DNA from: TPA_inf: Saccharomyces
Taxonomy: Eukaryota
Reading direction: 5' to 3'
Assembly: GCA_000146045.2 (NCBI GenBank)
Contig: BK006947.3
Location: 96,001 to 160,000 of the forward strand
Length of the DNA stretch: 64,000 nucleotides
A program made the translations under genes and the position numbers. Shown in pieces: positions 11,687-22,809 of this stretch. The stretch's first letter is position 1, and each line of letters begins with the position of its first letter. Below the pieces are notes generated by a model. The model had not been told where the DNA came from. It saw only the letters and a list, made by a program, of their open reading frames with translations, and ran no database searches.

Positions 11687-12274
11687 ATGTCCGGGTCGTT
11701 AAAATCTCTAGACAAGAAAATAGCTAAAAGAAGGCAGGTGTATAAGCCCGTGCTAGACAATCCGTTCACAAACGAAGCACATATGTGGCCGCGCGTGCAT
11801 GATCAGCCATTGATTTGGCAGCTGCTGCAATCCTCTATCATAAATAAGTTGATTCACATTCAATCGAAGGAGAACTACCCTTGGGAGCTGTATACAGATT
11901 TCAATGAAATTGTGCAGTATTTGAGCGGCGCTCACGGAAACAGCGACCCAGTATGTCTATTTGTGTGCAATAAGGACCCTGATGTACCGCTTGTGCTCTT
12001 GCAGCAAATCCCGCTATTATGCTATATGGCGCCCATGACGGTTAAACTGGTGCAGTTGCCCAAGAGTGCCATGGATACCTTCAAGTCGGTTTCTAAATAT
12101 GGAATGCTGCTGCTGCGGTGCGACGATAGGGTCGACAAGAAATTCGTATCGCAGATCCAGAAGAACGTTGATCTGCTTCAGTTTCCCTGGTTAAATGCTA
12201 TCAAGTATCGGCCCACATCTGTCAAGCTGTTGAAAACTACAGTGCCAATTGTCTCGAAGAAGAGGCAAAAGTAG
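11687..12274 (+). CDS. POP3: RNase P / RNase MRP protein subunit (195 aa)
   Basis: Length and sequence match my recollection of Pop3 (MSGSLKSLDKKIAKRRQVYKPVLDNPFTNE...). It is a small basic protein with no enzymatic motif. Confidence 0.7.
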   Translation: MSGSLKSLDKKIAKRRQVYKPVLDNPFTNEAHMWPRVHDQPLIWQLLQSSIINKLIHIQSKENYPWELYTDFNEIVQYLSGAHGNSDPVCLFVCNKDPDVPLVLLQQIPLLCYMAPMTVKLVQLPKSAMDTFKSVSKYGMLLLRCDDRVDKKFVSQIQKNVDLLQFPWLNAIKYRPTSVKLLKTTVPIVSKKRQK

Positions 12275-12466
12275 ACAAAATTACCCGCGCAGGCCTATTT
12301 TTCTAGAAGACAGAAGAAAAAAGTGGGCAGAGAAAGCGAGGAAAAAAAGAAATACATATGAAGAAGAAAAAAGCTGAAATTTAAGCAAATACTTTTTGGA
12401 CAAAATCATCAAACTACTACTAAAGTTTGAAACGATCGGAAAGTTACAACACATTTACGATAAAAT

Positions 12467-12928
12467 ATGGTTGTCTTGAATCCAAATAACTGGCATTGGG
12501 TGGATAAAAACACCTTACCTTGGTCTAAGGACTACTTGAACGGTAAATTAACGAGTTTGTCCACTGTTTCCTCTGATGGGAAGAGCAAAATTGAGTTAAC
12601 CCAGGTGAGTAGCATCACCGGTGACTCCAACGTATCTCAAAGGAAGGGCAAGCCGATTTGCTACTTTGACTTACAGTTGTCGATGAACGTCAAAGTGACA
12701 AATTTGGATACTAATAAGGACGACGAGGATGATGACGGCATACTTGCGGACGGGAAACTAGAAATTCCAGAGTTTATGCATGACGAGTCTGATATTCCGA
12801 TTTTGTCGCAAGGGTTTGATGCTTTTGATGGATTGGTTAGGTCTGAATTTGTCCCTAAAGTAGTGGAAACGCTACTAAAATACCAAGATGACTTGATTAA
12901 AGAACACTCAAAGGATATACAAGTTTGA
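12467..12928 (+). CDS. HCH1: Hsp90 co-chaperone, Aha1 N-domain homologue (153 aa)
   Basis: The N-terminus MVVLNPNNWHWVDKNTLPWSKDYL is the conserved Aha1 N-domain start. The length matches Hch1. Confidence 0.8.
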   Translation: MVVLNPNNWHWVDKNTLPWSKDYLNGKLTSLSTVSSDGKSKIELTQVSSITGDSNVSQRKGKPICYFDLQLSMNVKVTNLDTNKDDEDDDGILADGKLEIPEFMHDESDIPILSQGFDAFDGLVRSEFVPKVVETLLKYQDDLIKEHSKDIQV

Positions 12929-13094
12929 TGTGTTCATGTAACGAAAAGGGGAGCGTTGCATAGATAGACCACCGCCCCTTTTAATTTTTCCAGCGTTTTC
13001 AATTGTTATTCTTCTTCTTCCTCATACTCACCCAATACATAACATGTATACACACATACATAGATAATGAAGAAAATAGCAGTGGTAGAAAAAC

Positions 13095-14411
13095 TTAATA
13101 AACATATGGAATGATCTTGTAAGGAACTTTTCTTTCGTATTCTTCCCAATTTTCGCCATATTTCAGGCGGCACTTGTGCTCATCACGTTGTTGACGGTGT
13201 AATAACAACGTGGCGAAGTACAACGAGTAGTAATATGTCAAGGGAGTTTGGAACCAGGTGGCCAAACACCAACTTAATGAAATCAGCCAATCGCCAAAGT
13301 AATTGATATGCTGTGATTTAGCCCACCACCCGTCACATAATAACTTTGTACCACGCTTTGTCTGAATACTTTTTAGATTTTCTAATTTACCTTGTCTAAA
13401 CTCAGATTTTTGCTTATTTGCCGAGTGGAAGATGTGGAAACCCAAAAACATTATGGCTAATATACCGACAACTTTCACCCATCCCAATTCCACAGGGGAA
13501 ACACTCAAGTAACGCGCTTGTAATGAGTAGGTGAATGGAACTAAACTTAAGTCACCAAACGCTAGCATGAAACCAAACCCATCTGTAGTGATATCCATCA
13601 TGGTTAATACACCTTCCTCGTTTAGTACTCCATCGAAAATGTAAAATCCTTGCAAGAAATTAACCAAGACCAATGCATCGTTGATTTTACCAGTCTTCAG
13701 GTAATGGTGATGCAGACAGGAAAGATTGATCAGTAACCATAACAACATGCCGGGTCTCAACTCTGAAAACATCTTGATATCTAATGGGCCGAGACGAGGG
13801 TTCAGTTCTCTACCAATAAACCAATCGTAAATGATGTTTCCTGAATTTCCACCTAGTGCTAAGATCTTTTCCCTTTTGCCATTACCATTTTTCTTGAAGA
13901 TCAATGGTATGAAGCTGGCAACATAGCAGTACGTCGCCAAAAAGAACGAAAACAAAATAGATATTATGCATAAACTAACGTGATTTTCATACAGATATTG
14001 CAATTCAGGCAATTGTCCATCAGTCAATTTCCATCTGATAGCCAAAACTAAGACCAAAGTTGTAGACATGGCAATTCCATTGATCTTATACGAAAGCTTC
14101 GAACCATCCCTTAACTGAACACCCTTCATGACTCTGCCCGGTAAAATGACGTCCAAAACTGCCAGTATTCCATACCACAGGCAATAGACAGTCCATAATT
14201 CACGATTGCCCAGATAGTAGCGCAATGGCTTGATACCGTTCCAAAGCTCAACTATATCGAAATTCTGGAAAAATCCCTTAATAAAATAATCGGGCCTTAT
14301 CATTTGATTCAAGATGATAGTGAAAACAGGCAGCCCTATGCTGATGCCTAAGGCACCAATCAGCCCACCAAATTCAAACTCTGTAGTTCTGGGATTCAAA
14401 GCTGATACCAT
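13095..14411 (-). CDS. ERG24: C-14 sterol reductase (438 aa)
   Basis: Multi-pass membrane protein with the ERG4/ERG24 family C-terminal signature LLCDGWWAKSQHINYFGDWL...LLHRQQRDEHKCRLKYGENWEEY. The ORF-track entry (479 aa) includes a 41-codon upstream extension. The start is taken at MVSALNPRTTEFEFGG. Confidence 0.85.
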   Translation of the reverse strand: MVSALNPRTTEFEFGGLIGALGISIGLPVFTIILNQMIRPDYFIKGFFQNFDIVELWNGIKPLRYYLGNRELWTVYCLWYGILAVLDVILPGRVMKGVQLRDGSKLSYKINGIAMSTTLVLVLAIRWKLTDGQLPELQYLYENHVSLCIISILFSFFLATYCYVASFIPLIFKKNGNGKREKILALGGNSGNIIYDWFIGRELNPRLGPLDIKMFSELRPGMLLWLLINLSCLHHHYLKTGKINDALVLVNFLQGFYIFDGVLNEEGVLTMMDITTDGFGFMLAFGDLSLVPFTYSLQARYLSVSPVELGWVKVVGILAIMFLGFHIFHSANKQKSEFRQGKLENLKSIQTKRGTKLLCDGWWAKSQHINYFGDWLISLSWCLATWFQTPLTYYYSLYFATLLLHRQQRDEHKCRLKYGENWEEYERKVPYKIIPYVY

Positions 14412-14735
14412 CCTTTTATTCTCTACACCGAATTTGTCTTTACTCCTATGCTGTTTACAAGGTCTATCTGATAAGCAATTGCGCAAGAAAATAGTAGAAT
14501 GAAAACTGATTATTAAAAACAAACGTAAACTCAAGCCTCACTTGATGCTCAGACGGAGTACGTGAAAAACGTCCGTTATGCAAAACCCTTTATATGCACA
14601 ACCTTCACACAATGCAAATTTCCGATGATGCCTACATACAAAAGAGCGAAAGGCGATATAAATTTTTTTCACGGGATTTTCGTTTAGGTGAAAATAAAAT
14701 GAACGACAGAGCATGCAGAGTCCGGGTAATACATA

Positions 14736-14764
14736 TGTTTCAATACTGTTTCAATACTGTTTCA
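14736..14764 (-). promoter_or_regulatory. Three tandem pheromone response elements (TGAAACA, Ste12 sites) in the PRM1 promoter
   Basis: tgtttcaatac tgtttcaatac tgtttca is three copies of the rc of TGAAACA spaced 11 bp apart. It lies about 150-180 bp upstream of the PRM1 ATG. Confidence 0.7.
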
Positions 14765-14916
14765 GAAGTGCGTCACATATTAATTTTAACTTATAACTGG
14801 CCTGTTGCTGGCAAGAGGTATATATATATGACGAATGTGACCAACATAAGTCCTTAAGATAATCCCGAAATATTTGGTTAGGATGATTCCCTTTCGAATT
14901 TGTGAACGTTGATGAT

Positions 14917-16902
14917 ATGAGCGGTTTTAAATGCTATTTGCAATTGGGTGACAGGCTCTCTCAAATATGGCTAAATAAGTATACTTTGGTTTTGCTGCTA
15001 GCAATGCTGAAGCTTCTGTTTTTCTCCAAATCCATACAACATGCGATAGAAGTCTCGGAAACGTATATTTTGTCCAATTGTTACAGTATTGATTCACTAT
15101 ACTCCAAGATGACAGACAACACGCCGCACTATTTAGGTATCATGGGGAATTATCTTATCGAGAAGGGTATGGAGGAGACTGTTAAAGCTACGCTAGAGAC
15201 GTTATCACTTATAGTATATGCGAGCGAGGGGCTGGTAAACTTTGCCATTGACCTGTATTTGGGCACTTATGCCTGTTTGATTGTTAGTGCCGTTGATGGT
15301 ACCGTGGACGTTGCTACTAACATTACAGAAAAACTGATTAGCTTAGTCAATGATACAGTTTCAAGTGTGGCTAATGAATTGGATACGGGCTTGAATGACA
15401 TCTCCAAAATAATCAATAAAGTGATCAAGGCCGCATCCAAAGTAGAGAATTTTTTCACAGGTGATGACGATGACAGTAACATGACGTCGTCAATCAAAAG
15501 CGTCAACTTAACCATATCTGCGCTTCACAATTTATACATTCCTTCCTCAATCAACGATAAGCTTGAAGAGTTATCGGCAAAGACGCCGGACTTTGCCCAG
15601 GTTAAGAATACAACCAAGAACCTGATCTCGGTTCCCTTCAATGAAGTTCGGAAGAATATCAAGGCCGTGAATGCCAGCAATATAATCGGAGATACCTCCG
15701 TTTTGTACGTACCTCCCGTGTCCCTTGACAACAGTACTGGGATTTGCTCATCCAATCAATCAGAAATTTTGGCCTTTTATTCCATCTTGGGACATGTCCT
15801 GAAAATAGCCACCGTAGTGTGCATTACCGTATTGATATGCTTCGCTGTTGGTGCGATGGCGCCCGTTGCATGGAATGAAATCAAGCTCTGGAGGCGCCTT
15901 TGCGGAATGAGAGACCATTACATGCTGAGCAGGCAAGATTCGTATACGTCCTTTTCCAGTGAAAACACGCACGAATTGAAAGATCCATTTAGAGATCCTC
16001 CTATACAAAATGGCCAATATGATGTCATTGCAAGCTATCAGCAGTGCTTTCAAACATGGAACACAAGAATAGCAGGCTGGATGACAAATCTTGTTACCTT
16101 TGGAAAATCACCAGAGAACATTGACCCAAAGACTAAACAAAAAATAGAATGGGTAGTGGCTTATATGACCTCCGAAAGAGCACTGTGTGTTCTTGGAATT
16201 GGACTTTTGGGAATTTTAGTGTGCATATGCCAATTTGTCATGATAGCACTGTTAAAACACAAGATAAGCCATTCATTGACTTCTAATGATGGTGACGGCG
16301 TTCAAAATTTGCTGAAGTCTAGCACTGCCGTCGATATAGAGAACCAAATGAGCCTTTGGAGCGTTCAGACTAATAAATATATAAATACTACGGAGACCAA
16401 TATCAATCAGGAAGTATTCGGGTGGATAAACACGACAACACTTTCTGTGAACAATACAGTGGCCACCATGATCTCTGATATAGACACAACTTTAGCAGAT
16501 GTATTCAATGGAACACTGCTATATAACCCAATGAAAACCGTGGTCGGATGTGCCATTGAAAATAAGCTCTACACAATAGAGAAGGCAATGACGTGGATTC
16601 ACGACAAGGCTCAGCTGCATATCCCGAGAATTAATGGGACACAAATCAAGCAAGCTCTGGCAAAGCAAACCGACAACAGCACTATACCCACTGCAAGCTC
16701 CACTTCTGCCGCCACAGAAAACTTACTGGAGAACCTTGTGAATGATATGAGAGAAGGACTTTTAAAAATTCTCCGAGCTTACCACCGTATAACTCTGGGA
16801 GAACTCACGGTAGCCTTGGTCATTCTTGCGGTGTGGCTCGTACAATTGCCCATAGCTCTGGTAATTCTCCGATTACGTCTTCGCAAAGCCACCTTTGACT
16901 GA
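14917..16902 (+). CDS. PRM1: Pheromone-regulated multi-pass membrane protein required for mating membrane fusion (661 aa)
   Basis: MSGFKCYLQLGDRLSQIWLNKYTL... with several transmembrane segments and many N-glycosylation sequons. The ORF-track start is 5 codons upstream. Confidence 0.8.
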   Translation: MSGFKCYLQLGDRLSQIWLNKYTLVLLLAMLKLLFFSKSIQHAIEVSETYILSNCYSIDSLYSKMTDNTPHYLGIMGNYLIEKGMEETVKATLETLSLIVYASEGLVNFAIDLYLGTYACLIVSAVDGTVDVATNITEKLISLVNDTVSSVANELDTGLNDISKIINKVIKAASKVENFFTGDDDDSNMTSSIKSVNLTISALHNLYIPSSINDKLEELSAKTPDFAQVKNTTKNLISVPFNEVRKNIKAVNASNIIGDTSVLYVPPVSLDNSTGICSSNQSEILAFYSILGHVLKIATVVCITVLICFAVGAMAPVAWNEIKLWRRLCGMRDHYMLSRQDSYTSFSSENTHELKDPFRDPPIQNGQYDVIASYQQCFQTWNTRIAGWMTNLVTFGKSPENIDPKTKQKIEWVVAYMTSERALCVLGIGLLGILVCICQFVMIALLKHKISHSLTSNDGDGVQNLLKSSTAVDIENQMSLWSVQTNKYINTTETNINQEVFGWINTTTLSVNNTVATMISDIDTTLADVFNGTLLYNPMKTVVGCAIENKLYTIEKAMTWIHDKAQLHIPRINGTQIKQALAKQTDNSTIPTASSTSAATENLLENLVNDMREGLLKILRAYHRITLGELTVALVILAVWLVQLPIALVILRLRLRKATFD

Positions 16903-17270
16903 TTAATTAGTTGATAGACTTTTTCCGTCATAACTCTATTTAATAATGATGACCAAAAAGAGGCTCGTTCGAATCATTTCGCGTTGAATTTGAAATTCGC
17001 GGAGGAAAAACACGCAAAGAGAATCGGAAACCTTATCGTCAAATCATTGCACCTTGCAATGGTGGGTAATGATACATCATCGCAGTAACAGTATTCATAT
17101 ATTCGTATAGTTAATAAGATCACTTTTCAGTTAGCTTATACAATAAAAGATATTACCTTTTGTATTGTTAGTTGCAACATCCTTTTTTTATAAACTTTGA
17201 CAGGCGATATTACGTTTGTCACTTCGGTTTCCCCACACAAAGAACACGTTACTTGGCAAATTCAGCTCTT

Positions 17271-20200
17271 ATGCGAATTTTTTCAGGTGACAACAAGGTA
17301 GTTGATTCCCTCGCCTCTAACCCTGGATTAATGAGTCCATCGAATTTTGGCGGTGACTTCGGTTCACGACTAAAAGTAAATGTAACATCAAAAAAGAAAC
17401 TTAACGACTCATCACCAACTTCTCCCATGGAAAGTTCACCAGTTTCACCTGAGTTGGTGCCTATTCTAACACTGCTAAATGCACATACACATAGAAGATA
17501 TCATGAAGGCGTGTTTTTGATTTTACAAGACCTTAACAACAATGGCACTCATGCAGCAAGGAAATGGAAGGACGTATATGGGGTACTGTTGGGTACTCAA
17601 CTAGCCCTTTGGGACGCCAAGGAACTAGCAGAATTCACTGATCCGTCTTGTCCGGTCTCTGAAAAGAAACTGAAGGAAGTTGCTTCCAAACCCACTTATA
17701 TCAATTTGACAGATGCTACACTAAGAACTTTGGATAACTCCGATAATATCGTAATGGAGTGTGGAAAAAACCTCACTAATGCATTGGTGGTTTCTACTAC
17801 GCTGAAAAACCGATATTTCTTACAATTCGGTAACAAAGAGTCTTTCAACGCATGGAATTCTGCTATACGATTATGTTTATACGAATGTTCTTCGTTACAA
17901 GAGGCTTACACAGGCGCATTTATTTCAAGTAGAGGCGCAAAATTAGGTGATATCAGAATTCTCCTTACGAATAGAAAATATGATTACAAGGATTGGGTCA
18001 GCGTCAGATTCGGAGCAGGTATGCCGTGGAAGCGCTGCTATGCGGTAATCTCTCAATCTAGCAGTAAGAAAAAGGGTCATTTTGGTGAAATAAATCTTTA
18101 TGAAAATGACAAGAAAGTGAAGAAAAACCATGCAATGGCTACTATTGTAGAGGCAAAGGCGCTTTATGCTGTTTACCCGTCCTCCCCTAAACTAATAGAT
18201 TCCTCTACAATCATTAAAGTCGTAGGTTCTGTGAAATTTGAAAAAAAGGAGTCTGCTCAGGAAAAGGATGTCTTTATTATGCCCGAGAAGCATCAAGCTG
18301 TACCAAGTTATGACACTATAATAAGGTTTTTAATACCGGCTATGGATACTTTTAAACTATATGGAAGACCAGAGAAATTATTGTCAAGCAAGAACGACCC
18401 ACATTCACTTTTGTTTGGTTTGCCAGTTTTGCCACATATATACTACTTGGAAGTGGAGGATTTACTTCCATTGACTAATTCTGTATCAAGCTTACACTGG
18501 TCGAATAACGAATGGAAGGAACATATCAGTGATATTTTACAAAGGAAAATAGCACAAGGCTACTGTGGGTGTAATTCTACTTCCAATATTACTTCTCCTC
18601 TACCTTCTCCTTTCCTTGGTTCAGCAGACTTATTTGAAAGGGCCGATGGTGTTTTATCACCGAAACTTTCTTACGGGTCTAAATCTTCTTCGAATAACAG
18701 CTCGAAGAACAGTTTGCCAAAGAGAGAGCGTGTAAAATTGTCATCTTCTTCTGAACAGGACCTTAATAACTCTGATAGTCCATCTATTAAACGTAAAAGT
18801 CCTCCACTAGTGATATCTGAAAGTCCACACAAAGTCCACACACCTACTGATGCATCCTTCAGAACAAGAGTGACAGAAGGTTCACCTTATGCGAAGCAAA
18901 GACATCCCAAGCCGTTTGCGTCATCTGTAAACGATTCACCATCAGACAGAGCCAAGTCGAGGACAGTTCCTTACAATAATAACGACAGGAAAGCGACCAC
19001 TCCTGAGAAATTTGAAAGAGGAGAAACCTCTTGTGGTAAGAACGTGGACGAAAGTTTGGAAAAGGTCCGGAATATGAAGTTAGAAATTCCCGAGTCCAAT
19101 TTTGACAAGTTCATGACAGACAAAAATCTGTTGTCTGTGGATTCTAAATGCTCTAATGAGAAGAAGCTCTCTGTGGAATCAGATTTGTCTGCAATCTACG
19201 AAAAATACTCCAATGGTCCCTTTGGTCACACTGAGGGTCTTAACGGATCTTCTGATGAAACTTACCTTCGTTTTCAACGGGCGTCAGTTCATTCAGAGAG
19301 CAACTACAATTCAAGAAAATCCTTTACACCAAGTGACTTTTCTAATGGCAATGAGGAAGAACATGCCGTTTTACAAGAATTAAATAGTTTAACCCAAAGA
19401 ATTAATGAACTAGGCATGGAAAGTATAAATTCAAACTCCGATTCGGACAGAATAAACGGGTCATATTCACAAGTGGATTTTGGTAACAATAACGACGAGG
19501 ACGATATGAACCTGTTCGACCCAGATTTTATGGCACAAGACCAATTGCGTGCTGAAGAAAGAGACTACAACAAGGATGATAGAACACCCTTAGCTAAGGT
19601 CCCTGCGGCCTTTCAATCAACTGGATTGGGCATAACCCCCGATGACGATATCGAGAGACAATACATAACGGAACACAGATCACGACATGAAGTGCCAAAG
19701 CGGTCTCCCGAGAAACCCTCCAACCCGCTGGAAATAGGTAACCCATACGCGAAACCTGGCACAAGGTTGAATACCACTCACACCCACAGCAAAACTGATC
19801 GTAGCATTACCCCTCAGAGGGGCCAGCCAGTCCCATCAGGCCAGCAGATTTCCTCCTACGTGCAGCCAGCAAACATTAATAGTCCTAACAAAATGTATGG
19901 TGCAAACAACTCGGCAATGGGTTCGCCCAGGAATCCAAAGACGAGAGCGCCACCAGGTCCATACAATCAGGGATGGAATAACCGCCCCTCGCCTTCAAAT
20001 ATTTACCAACGTCCTCATCCCTCAGATACACAACCACAAGCATATCATCTCCCCGGAAACCCATACTCAACGGGGAACAGGCCAAACATGCAAGCGCAAT
20101 ATCACCCGCAGCAGGTGCCCATGCCTATCCTGCAGCAGCCCAATCGCCCGTACCAACCTTATGCGATGAATACGCACATGGGCTCTCCTGGCGGATATGC

Positions 20201-20453
20201 TGGGGCAGCACCACCATTTCAGCCAGCTAACGTCAACTACAATACTAGGCCTCAGCAGCCATGGCCTACACCTAACTCACCATCCGCACACTACCGTCCG
20301 CCCCCTAACCTGAACCAGCCTCAAAACGGTAGTGCTGGTTACTATCGTCCGCCGGCACCACAATTGCAAAACTCCCAAGCCCGTCCACAAAAGAAGGACG
20401 GATTCTCACAGTTCATGCCATCTGCAACTACGAAGAACCCATATGCCCAGTAA
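17271..20453 (+). CDS. CAF120: CCR4-NOT associated factor with a PH-like domain and a C-terminal Q/N/P-rich region (1060 aa)
   Basis: The start is taken at MRIFSGDNKVV. The C-terminus is low-complexity, rich in N/Q/P/Y. Length and sequence match my recollection of Caf120. Confidence 0.7.
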   Translation: MRIFSGDNKVVDSLASNPGLMSPSNFGGDFGSRLKVNVTSKKKLNDSSPTSPMESSPVSPELVPILTLLNAHTHRRYHEGVFLILQDLNNNGTHAARKWKDVYGVLLGTQLALWDAKELAEFTDPSCPVSEKKLKEVASKPTYINLTDATLRTLDNSDNIVMECGKNLTNALVVSTTLKNRYFLQFGNKESFNAWNSAIRLCLYECSSLQEAYTGAFISSRGAKLGDIRILLTNRKYDYKDWVSVRFGAGMPWKRCYAVISQSSSKKKGHFGEINLYENDKKVKKNHAMATIVEAKALYAVYPSSPKLIDSSTIIKVVGSVKFEKKESAQEKDVFIMPEKHQAVPSYDTIIRFLIPAMDTFKLYGRPEKLLSSKNDPHSLLFGLPVLPHIYYLEVEDLLPLTNSVSSLHWSNNEWKEHISDILQRKIAQGYCGCNSTSNITSPLPSPFLGSADLFERADGVLSPKLSYGSKSSSNNSSKNSLPKRERVKLSSSSEQDLNNSDSPSIKRKSPPLVISESPHKVHTPTDASFRTRVTEGSPYAKQRHPKPFASSVNDSPSDRAKSRTVPYNNNDRKATTPEKFERGETSCGKNVDESLEKVRNMKLEIPESNFDKFMTDKNLLSVDSKCSNEKKLSVESDLSAIYEKYSNGPFGHTEGLNGSSDETYLRFQRASVHSESNYNSRKSFTPSDFSNGNEEEHAVLQELNSLTQRINELGMESINSNSDSDRINGSYSQVDFGNNNDEDDMNLFDPDFMAQDQLRAEERDYNKDDRTPLAKVPAAFQSTGLGITPDDDIERQYITEHRSRHEVPKRSPEKPSNPLEIGNPYAKPGTRLNTTHTHSKTDRSITPQRGQPVPSGQQISSYVQPANINSPNKMYGANNSAMGSPRNPKTRAPPGPYNQGWNNRPSPSNIYQRPHPSDTQPQAYHLPGNPYSTGNRPNMQAQYHPQQVPMPILQQPNRPYQPYAMNTHMGSPGGYAGAAPPFQPANVNYNTRPQQPWPTPNSPSAHYRPPPNLNQPQNGSAGYYRPPAPQLQNSQARPQKKDGFSQFMPSATTKNPYAQ

Positions 20454-20801
20454 CTCGACCGACTGGTTGTAATTTTACAAAAAGAGAGACAATTAAGAAA
20501 AGAAACAAGCGCCAGGCTTCCGTATCCCAGTTTTTCATCTCACTTTCTGGGCACGATTGTAATAATACTTCATGATAATAACTAAACTATATAAGTAGTG
20601 TCTCATCCGTAAATATACATTTAGACAGATTCTTGTATTTTCTCCGGGCAATTTTTAACTTTTTTTCTGTTAGGGCACATGACACTTGCCTATTATGGAC
20701 AGCCAGTAAAGATGTGCCATATATTGCCCCCTTTACGCTCTCTGCCAGTATTAGTGGGAAAAAAAAAACTGAAAAAAAAAAAATCGCAGACTACTAATAA
20801 T

Positions 20802-20808
20802 CACGTGA
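20802..20808. promoter_or_regulatory. CACGTGA (Cbf1 / CDEI-type) motif, distal MET2 promoter
   Basis: Exact TCACGTGA match, about 540 bp upstream of the MET2 ATG. Sulfur-amino-acid genes use Cbf1-Met4-Met28. Confidence 0.5.
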
Positions 20809-20995
20809 TATTTCTTTTCACTCTCTTCATAAAGTTGCTAAAAACACACAATCGAATGAGCCTCTGAGCAGTATAAATTGTACTTCAAAGCACTAGTCAT
20901 GAAAAACGCTTACATTAGTTCAGTTTGTCAAGGTTATGCTATTACTTGTACTTATTTCTTGCTATTGTTAGTGGCTCCCCACATTGACGTATTTT

Positions 20996-21002
20996 CACGT
21001 GA
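20996..21002. promoter_or_regulatory. CACGTGA (Cbf1) motif, proximal MET2 promoter
   Basis: Exact TCACGTGA match, about 350 bp upstream of the MET2 ATG. An AAAATTGTGG Met31/32-like motif follows at about 21040. Confidence 0.55.
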
Positions 21003-21348
21003 TGCGCCTCACTGCGGAAGGCGCCACACATTGCCTGCAAAAAATTGTGGATGCACTCATTTGATAGTAAACTAAGTCATGTTAATCGTTTGGATTTGGC
21101 ACACACCCACAAATATACACATTACATATATATATATATTCAAAATACAGCTGCGTCCAATAGATGAGCTTCCGCTTCGTTGTACAACCTACCTGCTATC
21201 TTGTTCACGGATATTTCTTGCTTTTAATAAACAAAAGTAACTCTAGAACAGTCAAGTCTTCGATAATTTTTTTAGTCACAGGGTCCGTCTAAAGTTTCTC
21301 TTTATTTGGAATAATAGAAAAGAAAGAAAAAAACGTAGTATAAAAGGA

Positions 21349-22809
21349 ATGTCGCATACTTTAAAATCGAAAACGCTCCAAGAGCTGGACATTGAGGAGA
21401 TTAAGGAAACTAACCCATTGCTCAAACTAGTTCAAGGGCAGAGGATTGTTCAAGTTCCGGAACTAGTGCTTGAGTCTGGCGTGGTCATAAATAATTTCCC
21501 TATTGCTTATAAGACGTGGGGTACACTGAATGAAGCTGGTGATAATGTTCTGGTAATTTGTCATGCCTTGACTGGGTCCGCAGATGTTGCTGACTGGTGG
21601 GGCCCTCTTCTGGGTAACGACTTAGCATTCGACCCATCAAGGTTTTTTATCATATGTTTAAACTCTATGGGCTCTCCATATGGGTCTTTTTCGCCATTAA
21701 CGATAAATGAGGAGACGGGCGTTAGATATGGACCCGAATTCCCATTATGTACTGTGCGCGATGACGTTAGAGCTCACAGAATTGTTCTGGATTCTCTGGG
21801 AGTAAAGTCAATAGCCTGTGTTATTGGTGGCTCTATGGGGGGGATGCTGAGTTTGGAATGGGCTGCCATGTATGGTAAGGAATATGTGAAGAATATGGTT
21901 GCTCTGGCGACATCAGCAAGACATTCTGCCTGGTGCATATCGTGGTCTGAGGCTCAAAGACAATCGATTTACTCAGATCCCAACTACTTGGACGGGTACT
22001 ATCCGGTAGAGGAGCAACCTGTGGCCGGACTATCGGCTGCACGTATGTCTGCATTGTTGACGTACAGGACAAGAAACAGTTTCGAGAACAAATTCTCCAG
22101 AAGATCTCCTTCAATAGCACAACAACAAAAAGCTCAAAGGGAGGAGACACGCAAACCATCTACTGTCAGCGAACACTCCCTACAAATCCACAATGATGGG
22201 TATAAAACAAAAGCCAGCACTGCCATCGCTGGCATTTCTGGGCAAAAAGGTCAAAGCGTGGTGTCCACCGCATCTTCTTCGGATTCATTGAATTCTTCAA
22301 CATCGATGACTTCGGTAAGTTCTGTAACGGGTGAAGTGAAGGACATAAAGCCTGCGCAGACGTATTTTTCTGCACAAAGTTACTTGAGGTACCAGGGCAC
22401 AAAGTTCATCAATAGGTTCGACGCCAATTGTTACATTGCCATCACACGTAAACTGGATACGCACGATTTGGCAAGAGACAGAGTAGATGACATCACTGAG
22501 GTCCTTTCTACCATCCAACAACCATCCCTGATCATCGGTATCCAATCTGATGGACTGTTCACATATTCAGAACAAGAATTTTTGGCTGAGCACATACCGA
22601 AGTCGCAATTAGAAAAAATTGAATCTCCCGAAGGCCACGATGCCTTCCTATTGGAGTTTAAGCTGATAAACAAACTGATAGTACAATTTTTAAAAACCAA
22701 CTGCAAGGCCATTACCGATGCCGCTCCAAGAGCTTGGGGAGGTGACGTTGGTAACGATGAAACGAAGACGTCTGTCTTTGGTGAGGCCGAAGAAGTTACC
22801 AACTGGTAG
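21349..22809 (+). CDS. MET2: Homoserine O-acetyltransferase (486 aa), alpha/beta hydrolase fold
   Basis: Contains the GGSMGG nucleophile elbow. Strong family resemblance to MetX/Met2. Confidence 0.9.
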   Translation: MSHTLKSKTLQELDIEEIKETNPLLKLVQGQRIVQVPELVLESGVVINNFPIAYKTWGTLNEAGDNVLVICHALTGSADVADWWGPLLGNDLAFDPSRFFIICLNSMGSPYGSFSPLTINEETGVRYGPEFPLCTVRDDVRAHRIVLDSLGVKSIACVIGGSMGGMLSLEWAAMYGKEYVKNMVALATSARHSAWCISWSEAQRQSIYSDPNYLDGYYPVEEQPVAGLSAARMSALLTYRTRNSFENKFSRRSPSIAQQQKAQREETRKPSTVSEHSLQIHNDGYKTKASTAIAGISGQKGQSVVSTASSSDSLNSSTSMTSVSSVTGEVKDIKPAQTYFSAQSYLRYQGTKFINRFDANCYIAITRKLDTHDLARDRVDDITEVLSTIQQPSLIIGIQSDGLFTYSEQEFLAEHIPKSQLEKIESPEGHDAFLLEFKLINKLIVQFLKTNCKAITDAAPRAWGGDVGNDETKTSVFGEAEEVTNW

